Positions 39,477 through 47,644 of a stretch of DNA of 64,000 bases are shown piece after piece (position 1 is the first letter of the stretch; each line of letters starts with the position of its first letter). The stretch spans positions 32,001 through 96,000 of IMG/VR virus record IMGVR_UViG_3300043548_000722, one strand, 5' to 3'. Under the pieces are notes generated by a model. The model did no database searches, had not been told where the DNA came from, and saw only the letters and a program-made list of their open reading frames with translations. Origin of the DNA: a virus. The position numbers were made by a program, and so were the translations under genes.

Positions 39477-39817
39477 AGAGCCTCTGCAAGCAGCGCAGAC
39501 CGTAGAGCCTGTAATGCTCCAGTCTGAGAACCGTCGAAGGTGCCGAAAAGACTGGACCGCAGGGCACGAATCTTTTGAATCTGCCCGAGTGTTGCTCGTG
39601 CCGGTATGGCCGCAGATCCAAAACCTACGGCTTCGGCGCTGTCCACTATCTCCTCAGCTTCAGAGTCGATATCTAAGATTCTATTGTCAATTTCGGTTAG
39701 AAACGTAGAAGTCTCTGAGGTATTAGGCCCAGAAAGCCCGGTTTCGACAACTGAGGCTATAATTAGCTGGGAAACGTGGTAGCTCAGCCGCACTACGTCA
39801 AGCGAAGGTGTGGTCAT
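39473..39817 (-). CDS. Hypothetical protein
   Basis: 114 aa, coupled in operon. Confidence 0.65.
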   Translation of the reverse strand: MTTPSLDVVRLSYHVSQLIIASVVETGLSGPNTSETSTFLTEIDNRILDIDSEAEEIVDSAEAVGFGSAAIPARATLGQIQKIRALRSSLFGTFDGSQTGALQALRSALLAEAL

Positions 39818-41166
39818 TCTGCACCTCTGGCGTACTGTAGTAACTCGGAAGTCTGCGCATCTAAATCAAACGCACGAACTGCGGACGTAAACACGGTCTC
39901 AGCAAATATCGCAAATCTTCCCCTGCGGAGTAACTCGGCTGCCTTATCAAACCCCTCTCGGTCAAGGTCGAGAACAAGTCGACGTGACACCTCTGCCAGA
40001 GACGGGGCAACCTCAGTAGGAATGCTCAAAATAGTCTGTAGTAGGGTAGTCTCAGTAGGAACGGGGACCCCAAAGGCATTCAGGCATCTGGCCGTGTTCG
40101 TCGTTACCGTAGAAACCTGCGCTGCCGCTGCGGCAAGTCTCTGCATGAGACGAGCAGCATCGCCTCGGGACGAGATAGACGCTGCCTCTTCTGGCGTTGG
40201 GATGTCTGCTCGCAGAAGTGCTTTTAGCGGGTATACCTCTTTAACAGCCTCTATCATTAGATTTTTGGCAGCTGATGTTATTGTTACCGGACCTTCAGGG
40301 GCCGCGTCCGACACAGTCACTCCGACTGAGCTAACGCCGGTAATCTCGGTCAAGAAATTTCCTACACGAAGAATATCGCCCACCTCCACTCGACAGAGCA
40401 GAGGATTGATTGTGAGCAGTACGGTCTGTCCTTGGCGAGAAGATTGAAATTTACTAGGGAAAGCGGACGCCTCGCTTAATCTATGCGAGCTAGACGATGG
40501 AAATGAAAGAGCTCTTATGACTCCTCCAGATGCAACGATACCAGCCAGCGCGGCAGAGGGCTGAGTTTGCTGAGCCGCTCTTTTTAGGGAGAGCAGAGGG
40601 GCCACCGCCGCAACCGGCAGCAGCGTACTGTGCAGCTGACTGTCTCCAGAGGTAATGTCCGAGACGATTATGGCTACGTCCGCTAACCTCCGTCGTACAT
40701 CGTGAAGAATCCGAGTCAGTCTGTTCCCCGCGTCATCGATCGATACCACTTTATTGCGGACCAAGGAACGGGTCATTTGGTTTGCGAGTTCTCCAGACTG
40801 GCGAAGAACTGCACGCAGCCCGTCCTCGGTAGGATTTCTGAGCGTCTGATCTATCTGTCGTACAACTTCTGCTGAAGATGGGACTTGCACCTCTACGGGA
40901 GTCGTCTGCGAATCATAGGCTGCCTCCACTGCCCGACAGAGCAGCGCATGGAGATCACTTAGGGCTATACCAAGCGCGCGAGCTCTCTTTAGACGAAAGT
41001 ACTGTAGGATCTCTGGCTGATGAATCAAGGTCTGAGCCACTCGGCTCCTGGCTTGGTCCCATCTCAGTTGCCGTTCCGTCTCCCCGGGCACAAGATCTCT
41101 TGGTGTCGCCCGAATCCTTAGCGCAGATCGAATCTGCGCTTGAGAAACGTTGAGTTTGTGTGCCAT
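39814..41166 (-). CDS. Hypothetical (structural) protein
   Basis: Likely start ATG 41166 (MAHKLNVSQ) in TGATG overlap with the upstream stop; track start 41259. Confidence 0.65.
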   Translation of the reverse strand: MAHKLNVSQAQIRSALRIRATPRDLVPGETERQLRWDQARSRVAQTLIHQPEILQYFRLKRARALGIALSDLHALLCRAVEAAYDSQTTPVEVQVPSSAEVVRQIDQTLRNPTEDGLRAVLRQSGELANQMTRSLVRNKVVSIDDAGNRLTRILHDVRRRLADVAIIVSDITSGDSQLHSTLLPVAAVAPLLSLKRAAQQTQPSAALAGIVASGGVIRALSFPSSSSHRLSEASAFPSKFQSSRQGQTVLLTINPLLCRVEVGDILRVGNFLTEITGVSSVGVTVSDAAPEGPVTITSAAKNLMIEAVKEVYPLKALLRADIPTPEEAASISSRGDAARLMQRLAAAAAQVSTVTTNTARCLNAFGVPVPTETTLLQTILSIPTEVAPSLAEVSRRLVLDLDREGFDKAAELLRRGRFAIFAETVFTSAVRAFDLDAQTSELLQYARGAE

Positions 41167-42062
41167 CAGGTCACCGTCAGTGAGATGACGTTGAGCGATG
41201 TCGGTAGAGCGGGGAACCTGCGGGCGGGGGCGATGCTGGGTGCGAACTGAATTTCGCACTCGCCTGGAGAGACGCCGACGACCGTGAGCACGTTGTCTTT
41301 CTGAGTAACGGTAGCCACGGTCGGGTCCGAACTCTTGGCGCTCACAAGGCAGACTGTGAGACGGTCTGAGTCGGGGTTCTTTGGGTATGGCCCAACAAGT
41401 CCACTTGAGAGCACGCTGTTGATCGTGATCTCAACGTCGTCTCCGGCCGCCAACGTCACGGCAGAAGATGGAACGTCTACATACGCGACGTACGGCCAGA
41501 CGAGCTCAGTGAACCCAGTCGCCGGCAGGTCCGGGACCATGACATGAAAGACCTGCTCTCCGTAGGACTCGACCACAACATCGTAGCGAGCACCGCGCAG
41601 CAAGTCGAACTCGACGTAGCCCTGGCCATCCGACGAGATGAGAACCTTGGCGTTGCCGGTCGCCATACCTCCGCTGATCCGCACGTAGTCCGTCAGCATG
41701 AGGTCAATCGTGACGTCAGGAAGTCGCTGCCCGGCCGCGCCGATCAGAAACCCGCTGACTCTGCACAGATTTGCCTGAGTCGCAGGAGGGCGGGCATCTA
41801 AGTCCTGGCCCGCAACATCGAAGATGGAGTCCTCCTCGATGACGACGCTCAGCTTCTTTGCAAAGCTAAAGCCGGCCTTGAAGAAGCGCACCCAGTAGGT
41901 TTCTACCGGAAGCTCAAACACGACTTCGCCCGACGAGTCCGTATTCCCGCTGTCAATGAAGGTCGTTCCGTCCTCTGTGAAGACAAAGACCGTCACGCCA
42001 GGAACCTGAGTCTCTCGTGTCTCGTCAGAGGAGTCGTATGTGTAAAAGGTGACCGATGCCAT
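41166..42062 (-). CDS. Virion protein with carboxypeptidase-regulatory-like/Ig-like domains
   Basis: GVTV.VF...G.TDSSG...F.L...Y; C-terminal SSDPTVATV...VVGVSPG (Big_2-like). Confidence 0.65.
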   Translation of the reverse strand: MASVTFYTYDSSDETRETQVPGVTVFVFTEDGTTFIDSGNTDSSGEVVFELPVETYWVRFFKAGFSFAKKLSVVIEEDSIFDVAGQDLDARPPATQANLCRVSGFLIGAAGQRLPDVTIDLMLTDYVRISGGMATGNAKVLISSDGQGYVEFDLLRGARYDVVVESYGEQVFHVMVPDLPATGFTELVWPYVAYVDVPSSAVTLAAGDDVEITINSVLSSGLVGPYPKNPDSDRLTVCLVSAKSSDPTVATVTQKDNVLTVVGVSPGECEIQFAPSIAPARRFPALPTSLNVISLTVT

Positions 42063-42730
42063 CAGGACCTCCGGGGGAGAGGAATCAGCTCGAGTTCCTG
42101 AACTTCGAGAAGGTCGCTTCCTGTCGCGGCAAGGTCAAAGAGGTCAATGTTCGCCTGATTGGGAACTGTTACGTTTCGCACAAGTGCGGTGCCTGAGATG
42201 GTCAGCAGCCCCTGGATGCCCCGAACGACATTGAACGAGACTTGCCCTGACGCATTTGAGACGGCAGTCACATCGGCAGCGACAAACCCGATGCCCATCT
42301 TTCTTGCCGACTCGATGCTTGGGCTGAAGCGGACGTAGACACCTTGAAGGTAGTCCCCTGCCGCGTCGATGAAGGTGCCCGTGATGAGGCACGTATTGGA
42401 TGACCCTACATCCGGCGCATCGGGGACGTCTACGTTTGAGGCGTGGTCAAACGCGAAAACAACGTCAGTGGCTGTGTACTCGACGGAGTTGACCGTGAAG
42501 GTCCACACCAAGTCGTACTGGCCCGAGGTCGCCGGAGTCCACGGCGCGGTGTAAACGCCCAGCTCGGTGTTCGTCGGATTTGTGATGGTCGCGACAGTTA
42601 CTCCGGCCTTCTGAATGACCAGAGTCGGAGCACTGTCAGCGTTTACTCTGAAAGTAGATCCAGAACTAGAGGTGAACTGGATGGTCAGGATGGACGATGT
42701 GGCGACCCCGACTGCCTTAAAGCTGCTCAT
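42062..42730 (-). CDS. Virion protein with Ig-like domains
   Basis: GVYTAPWTP...GQY...W; C-terminal half resembles the middle of the downstream gene (C.I/VT/SG.FI...G). Confidence 0.65.
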   Translation of the reverse strand: MSSFKAVGVATSSILTIQFTSSSGSTFRVNADSAPTLVIQKAGVTVATITNPTNTELGVYTAPWTPATSGQYDLVWTFTVNSVEYTATDVVFAFDHASNVDVPDAPDVGSSNTCLITGTFIDAAGDYLQGVYVRFSPSIESARKMGIGFVAADVTAVSNASGQVSFNVVRGIQGLLTISGTALVRNVTVPNQANIDLFDLAATGSDLLEVQELELIPLPRRS

Positions 42731-42731
42731 C

Positions 42732-43130
42732 CTAGCTCCTGACGGAGAAGGTCAGTACGCCGGTGAGGTCGCCAATCACTGCCGGAGCGATCAGTTCCAC
42801 CCCGTCCTCAATGGGCTGCGACGTAACAGACGGGTTTGAAAGCTCAGTGGATACCTCAAGGACTGCCTCGAGACGGGTGATGTCCGTCTTCACAAGAGTG
42901 CCCTCGGCACTCAGCGCGAGGTAGTGAATCACAAACCACCCCGGAGCGGTCGGGGTGAAGGTGTTGATGTAGACGCGCGTTTCTGTGGTGCTGAGCGAGG
43001 CAGACTCGGTAAGTGTGAGGTCCCAGCTCGTACCCGTGTCCATGCTGAACACTTTGGCCGTGACCGTAAGGCCTGTATACGGAGAGTAGAAGGCAATCCG
43101 GTAAGGAACGCCGACAGTCGCGGTACTCAT
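42732..43130 (-). CDS. Small beta-rich virion protein
   Basis: Likely start ATG 43130 (MSTATVGVPY) in ATGA overlap; track start 43184. Confidence 0.6.
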   Translation of the reverse strand: MSTATVGVPYRIAFYSPYTGLTVTAKVFSMDTGTSWDLTLTESASLSTTETRVYINTFTPTAPGWFVIHYLALSAEGTLVKTDITRLEAVLEVSTELSNPSVTSQPIEDGVELIAPAVIGDLTGVLTFSVRS

Positions 43131-43636
43131 GAATCCGTCCGGAAGAGGTCCGAGAGATAGCCGCCATAGGTTCCGTGGATGCACTTGATTTGAGAGAACT
43201 TGTCTCCGTCAAAGCCACCACAGAACGTCATCTTGATCGAGGGACTGACAAAGACTGCCATTAGATACCAGTCGAAGTCTCCCTTTTCGATGATCTCCTC
43301 CGGCACTCCCAGAGGCTGCTTTTTGGCCTGCCCCTGCCCCTCTCCCTGCCAAACTGCACGGGGCACTGGAAGCCCCGGAGTCATCGCAAGGTATGCATAC
43401 GGCTCCGTATGCTTGCCGAGGATGACTTCGGCCGAAGTCTCATCTTCCGGTAGGAAGAGCATGGGCAAGGTCGGCAAAGATGGAACGCCGTTGTCCATCT
43501 CGAACACGTAGAGTGCCGCGAGGACTGGGCGCGTCTTGCTTTCCCGGTCCTCGACCATGCTGTCAATCAGGAACCGCGCCCACTGAAGGGCAACCTCATC
43601 CGGATTGCTCGCCGTCGACAGGTCCACCGTTGCCAT
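43127..43636 (-). CDS. Hypothetical protein
   Basis: 169 aa, coupled in operon. Confidence 0.65.
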   Translation of the reverse strand: MATVDLSTASNPDEVALQWARFLIDSMVEDRESKTRPVLAALYVFEMDNGVPSLPTLPMLFLPEDETSAEVILGKHTEPYAYLAMTPGLPVPRAVWQGEGQGQAKKQPLGVPEEIIEKGDFDWYLMAVFVSPSIKMTFCGGFDGDKFSQIKCIHGTYGGYLSDLFRTDS

Positions 43637-43973
43637 GCTTCTTCCGAAGAGTCACGTACATCTCTGCGGCAGTGTTTACCGCATCGCGCGCAAGCGCAGG
43701 ACTCAGTTTCGAGATCATAGCCGCTACAAGCTTCCTTGGGAAGGACAGCGTGGGCATGGCGGACAGGAGAGAGCAGAGACCCAAAATCTCCGTCACGATC
43801 TTGTACTCAGAGGGGGTCAGTAGCGTAGTTGGCTCTCCAGACAGCGAGAAAATCTCTCCCGTCTCGGTGTCGAAGATGGCCTTCTCCCCTTCGTAGCCAT
43901 CCATGATGGCCTTCACGGCTGCATCCAATGTTTTGCGCGGCTTCTTCTTGCTACCGACAAAGGCAAACATCAT
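43596..43973 (-). CDS. Hypothetical protein
   Basis: GGAGG RBS precedes ATG 43973/43970. Confidence 0.65.
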   Translation of the reverse strand: MMFAFVGSKKKPRKTLDAAVKAIMDGYEGEKAIFDTETGEIFSLSGEPTTLLTPSEYKIVTEILGLCSLLSAMPTLSFPRKLVAAMISKLSPALARDAVNTAAEMYVTLRKKHGNGGPVDGEQSG

Positions 43974-43989
43974 GACCTCCAAAATGAAC

Positions 43990-44018
43990 GAGGCCCTGGC
44001 GGAGTACGCCAGGGCCTC
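43990..44018 (-). terminator. Hairpin/terminator downstream of the 601-aa gene
   Basis: GAGGCCCTGGCG-5nt-CGCCAGGGCCTC, followed on the minus strand by GTTCATTTT. Confidence 0.65.
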
Positions 44019-44037
44019 TACCCTCTAACCCGAAGGA

Positions 44038-45843
44038 TCAGAAGGCGCCGCCGCCGCCGGACGACTGGATCGGGGACCGAACCGTCATGAAGCGAGTGGT
44101 GGTGAAGGTCTGTGTCGTAGCGATGGGATCGCTGTCGAAGCACATGAACTGCACCTCAACCGTGCGGTTGTAGTACGCGCCGATCTCGGCCCACGCCTCG
44201 AACTGGCCGGTGCCCGTGCGAGACATCTTGTACCAGTTGGTCAGGCCGATTGCATCGGTGGTTCCGAGGGCGGAACCTGCCGAGGCGGCGTTGTACAGCG
44301 TGGGGTTGGATGCGCCCTGGCCGAGACCCTGCGCGATGATGAGGGCCTGACCCTGGGCTGCACCGTTGGTGCCGACCACATCCGGGTCCTCAAGCGCGCC
44401 GGTCGTGCCGTCCTGGATGGTCAGACCGAAGCGGATGCGGAACGCGGAAGCGCCCGAGTAGACCTCGGAGGGAACCGAGGGGACCAGGCGGGCGTTGGTT
44501 GTCACCTGGAGGGTGTCAACCACGGCCTTGATGGCGGCGATGTCGGCCGAGACGTTGGCGCCGGTCGGAGTACCGATCTTCGACTGGATGTCCTGGGTGT
44601 CGGTCTCGATGTCGTTGACCTTGGACTTGATCGCAGCCAGGCCTGTCGTGGCGTCGGTCAGCTCCTCGTGCGCCTCGCGGAGCAGGAAGCCGGCCGTGCC
44701 AGCCGTGGTGTAGGTCGCCAGGCTCTCAGCCCACACGTCGGTGCCGGCCAGGTTGTCGTAGATCTTCTTCAGACCTTCGGCAACGCTGACGGGGTTACCG
44801 GCGATGGCGCCACCCGCGAACACCGCGCTGACATCGCCGATTTCGGTCGCGAGACCGTCCACGACGCCGTCAATGGTGTCCAGCTTGGTCTCGTTGGCGT
44901 CGATCTCGGCCTTCAGGGCTGCGAGGCCCGTGGTGCCGTCGGCAAGCGCCGAAGCGATGCCATCGACCACCGTGTCCACGGTGTCAACCTTGGACTCGAT
45001 GTTGCCGAGGTCGGTGTCGACGCTGTCGAGGCGAACCTCGAGAGCCGAGAGACCGTAGGTCGCGTCCTCAACAGCGGCCTTGATCGCGTCAACGTTGCTG
45101 TCGACGGTCGCGAGGTCACCGCTCAGGGCAGCGATCTTGCCGAACACCGTGGCCGAAGCCGAAGTGTCAGCAGCCAGACCGATCAGGTCCTCAGCGGCCT
45201 CGGAGGCAGCCACAGTACGGTCGAGCAGCAGGTCAAGACGACCGCCGTTCGCCCAGTCACCCTGGAGCTCGTTGGTGTCGGCGAGGATCGCCGTCACGTC
45301 GGTCTGAAGAGCGCCGACCTCGGAATCAACCGTGTCGATCAGAGCCTTCAGGGCGCCGAGGCCGTCAGTGGCGTTGTCCAGGTCATCCTGAACGCCATCC
45401 ACCTTGTTGAAGATCGTGGCCAGGGCAGCCGCGACAGTCGCCGGAGCGGAGATGTCGTTGAAGGTCTGCGCGCTGACGTCGCCGATCTCAGAGGCGATGC
45501 CGTCCACGACCGTGTCCACGGTCGCCACGTCCGAGAGGACCTGGGCGATGTGGTTGGCCGGAGCGTAGGCCCACAGGGGGATACGCACGGACTCGCTGTT
45601 CTTGGTCACAACCGCGTAGTACATCTTGTCCGCGGTCATGGCCGTGGAGAGGACCTTGAGGGCGTAGAGACCGCCGCCCATGTCGTCCACGGAAACACCG
45701 GAAGCGAGGGTCGAATCGACGCCAGCGGCGTCATCGGCCTCGTAGACGACGGCGGTCGGGTTGAGCGACGCAGCCGACATCTGGAACGGGAAATAGGCGT
45801 TCTTCCCAGAGGGGACGACACGCTCAAAAGCCATGGTAGCCAT
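44038..45843 (-). CDS. Fibrous coiled-coil virion protein (fibritin/whisker-like) with internal repeats
   Basis: 601 aa; heptad-like Asp/Ala/Val/Thr repeats; GAGAGG RBS; very strong C/G-ending codon bias. Confidence 0.65.
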   Translation of the reverse strand: MATMAFERVVPSGKNAYFPFQMSAASLNPTAVVYEADDAAGVDSTLASGVSVDDMGGGLYALKVLSTAMTADKMYYAVVTKNSESVRIPLWAYAPANHIAQVLSDVATVDTVVDGIASEIGDVSAQTFNDISAPATVAAALATIFNKVDGVQDDLDNATDGLGALKALIDTVDSEVGALQTDVTAILADTNELQGDWANGGRLDLLLDRTVAASEAAEDLIGLAADTSASATVFGKIAALSGDLATVDSNVDAIKAAVEDATYGLSALEVRLDSVDTDLGNIESKVDTVDTVVDGIASALADGTTGLAALKAEIDANETKLDTIDGVVDGLATEIGDVSAVFAGGAIAGNPVSVAEGLKKIYDNLAGTDVWAESLATYTTAGTAGFLLREAHEELTDATTGLAAIKSKVNDIETDTQDIQSKIGTPTGANVSADIAAIKAVVDTLQVTTNARLVPSVPSEVYSGASAFRIRFGLTIQDGTTGALEDPDVVGTNGAAQGQALIIAQGLGQGASNPTLYNAASAGSALGTTDAIGLTNWYKMSRTGTGQFEAWAEIGAYYNRTVEVQFMCFDSDPIATTQTFTTTRFMTVRSPIQSSGGGGAF

Positions 45844-45902
45844 GGAGGACCTCTCACGTTCTTGGGTTGACGAGAGGCTGCCGCTTTAGACGCCGGCGCT
45901 CA

Positions 45903-46115
45903 TTACTGTTTACGAATTTGGTTCTTCAACGTCTGGTACGTGTTGAAGAACTTGCACTCTTCGGTAGACGGCCAAGTAGACTCGGCCTTGTCGAGTTCCT
46001 CTTCTGTAATCTTGAAGACCCAGAACACGCGCCTGCCTTCTCGCTTTACCGACACGATCGGGAAGCCGCGGGAGACAAGGAAAGAGGCAAATGCCATGTC
46101 CTGAGTTTCGAACAT
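45903..46115 (-). CDS. Small protein resembling DUF5659 family
   Basis: FETQDMAFASFL...G........RVFWVF...FFNTYQTLKNQI pattern, recognised from memory. Confidence 0.6.
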   Translation of the reverse strand: MFETQDMAFASFLVSRGFPIVSVKREGRRVFWVFKITEEELDKAESTWPSTEECKFFNTYQTLKNQIRKQ

Positions 46116-46348
46116 CAGGTGAGGGCCGAAGAAAGAGAGGGAAAAAACTCGGAGATAAACGACTCCGAGTGAAGACGAGATAACTCTACCGCACGACGCC
46201 TGATTTGTCTACTTCCGGTCCTCGCTTCCTTCACTATTAGCAGGGTTTCTTTGTATAGTAGAAGTTCGTACTCACGCGCACGGAGAGCTTCGCGAAGCTC
46301 CGCCTCTATTTGTGAGATTAGGGCCGACGATTCTTGGGAGGCATCCAT
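46115..46348 (-). CDS. Hypothetical protein
   Basis: 77 aa; TGATG coupling. Confidence 0.55.
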   Translation of the reverse strand: MDASQESSALISQIEAELREALRAREYELLLYKETLLIVKEARTGSRQIRRRAVELSRLHSESFISEFFPSLSSALT

Positions 46349-46350
46349 GA

Positions 46351-47181
46351 CTAAAATGATGCCTCATACGTGCGATATTTCTCTGAAATCTTACCCTTGA
46401 CCTGAGATACCTTCGAGGCGCTCCAGTTGAGTTCGGCGGCGATTTCGTTGGTCGACGCTGTCTTACGCTTCCCGTTTTTTCCGAACAAGAAGTTAAAAAC
46501 CGACTGCTCCTCTAGAGTAAGATCGTAGGGTAGCATCTCAATAATCTCGCGATGTCGAGGAGACACCTCTTCGAACGGATTGCTCTCAAACCCGTCTTCT
46601 CCGCCTGTCGGGATCACAAAAATATCAGGGCGCATCTCTCGCGCTAAACGCTCTACTTTCTTGAGGCTGATCTTCATGTAATCAGCAATTTCTTGTTGGG
46701 TCGGGTCTCTGCTCAAGTCTTCCCTTAGAGAGTCTATTGCCCGTTGATAATCGCCGATTCTATTGGCCTGTGCTTCGACGATACGAGTGAAGTTTTGATG
46801 TTTTTTAACGTACCTATTCAAACTGCGCAGGTTGGTTGTGACATGAGTTGCGATCTGCGTCCCGCGGGAAGGGTCATAAGTACGTAGGGCTTTGACCGCC
46901 AGAGATCTTGCCTCTGCCTCGATTGCGGGTCTGTAGATGCGCGGTGCGCGGTGCTTATTGACCTGCGCGGTAATTACTGGATTTAGACTACTGAGTAGCG
47001 GCTGTAGCTTGTCCGGATCTTCGTTCGAGACCTTCCACTGGCGCCAAAGATCCACCTCATTGGCCGCTTTTCCCGTAAATGGGACGGTCTGCCCCGTAGG
47101 ATCCTTCTGCCCCCAAGTTGGGGGGAACTGGTGAGGATCCTTAGCCGCGGTCTTAATCATCCAGTCCCTAAGCGATGCCAC
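46351..47181 (-). CDS. Sigma-70 family RNA polymerase sigma factor (group 3-like)
   Basis: Region 2 YDPSRGTQIATHV, region 3 LSRDPTQQEIADYM.IS..KV, region 4 LTLEEQSV...EIAAELNWSASKVSQ. Confidence 0.85.
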   Translation of the reverse strand: MASLRDWMIKTAAKDPHQFPPTWGQKDPTGQTVPFTGKAANEVDLWRQWKVSNEDPDKLQPLLSSLNPVITAQVNKHRAPRIYRPAIEAEARSLAVKALRTYDPSRGTQIATHVTTNLRSLNRYVKKHQNFTRIVEAQANRIGDYQRAIDSLREDLSRDPTQQEIADYMKISLKKVERLAREMRPDIFVIPTGGEDGFESNPFEEVSPRHREIIEMLPYDLTLEEQSVFNFLFGKNGKRKTASTNEIAAELNWSASKVSQVKGKISEKYRTYEASF

Positions 47182-47417
47182 TATTCCCCCCGAATCTTCT
47201 TGCCGGCCTCGTCGGCAGACATCCCCAATCTAACATTTCTACCGTAGTGAATTTTATTAGCGAAGTTTTTATCCAGCTGCTCGAAGGCACGCTTAGCAAG
47301 GAGCTGCCGATTATAGAACAGCAAATCCAACATCGCGTTGGTGACCTGCACGTTGGACTTCTCGGCTGCCTCGGACAACATACCTGAAGGGGGTCTCTGA
47401 AAGATGGTATCCATCAC
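47181..47417 (-). CDS. Hypothetical protein
   Basis: 78 aa, coupled in operon. Confidence 0.6.
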   Translation of the reverse strand: MMDTIFQRPPSGMLSEAAEKSNVQVTNAMLDLLFYNRQLLAKRAFEQLDKNFANKIHYGRNVRLGMSADEAGKKIRGE

Positions 47418-47641
47418 ATCATCTCCGGAGTTTGCGGCATCAACGCTGCGCGCTGTGCCAGTTCCCGCTGCTTACGGATCACCTTACCCTCACGCGCATC
47501 CTGAAGGAAGTCCTTTCCGTATGCACCCGCAAGCGTGCCTACGCCCAGTGCCGTTCCCAGCCCGGCCACCTGTCCCCCGGACAGGGCAATCTTTTCAAGC
47601 TCATCAACAAAGAACTGAAACTGCGCTGTAGAGTACCTCAT
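47414..47641 (-). CDS. Small protein with FxxELxKxA leader and glycine-zipper segment
   Basis: MRYSTAQFQFFVDELEKIALSGGQVAGLGTALGVGTLAGAYG. Confidence 0.7.
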   Translation of the reverse strand: MRYSTAQFQFFVDELEKIALSGGQVAGLGTALGVGTLAGAYGKDFLQDAREGKVIRKQRELAQRAALMPQTPEMM

Positions 47642-47644
47642 CTT

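Noticed and set aside
44668-45870. 400-aa plus-strand ORF
   Set aside because: Antisense shadow caused by the strong codon bias of the 601-aa gene; no motifs or RBS.
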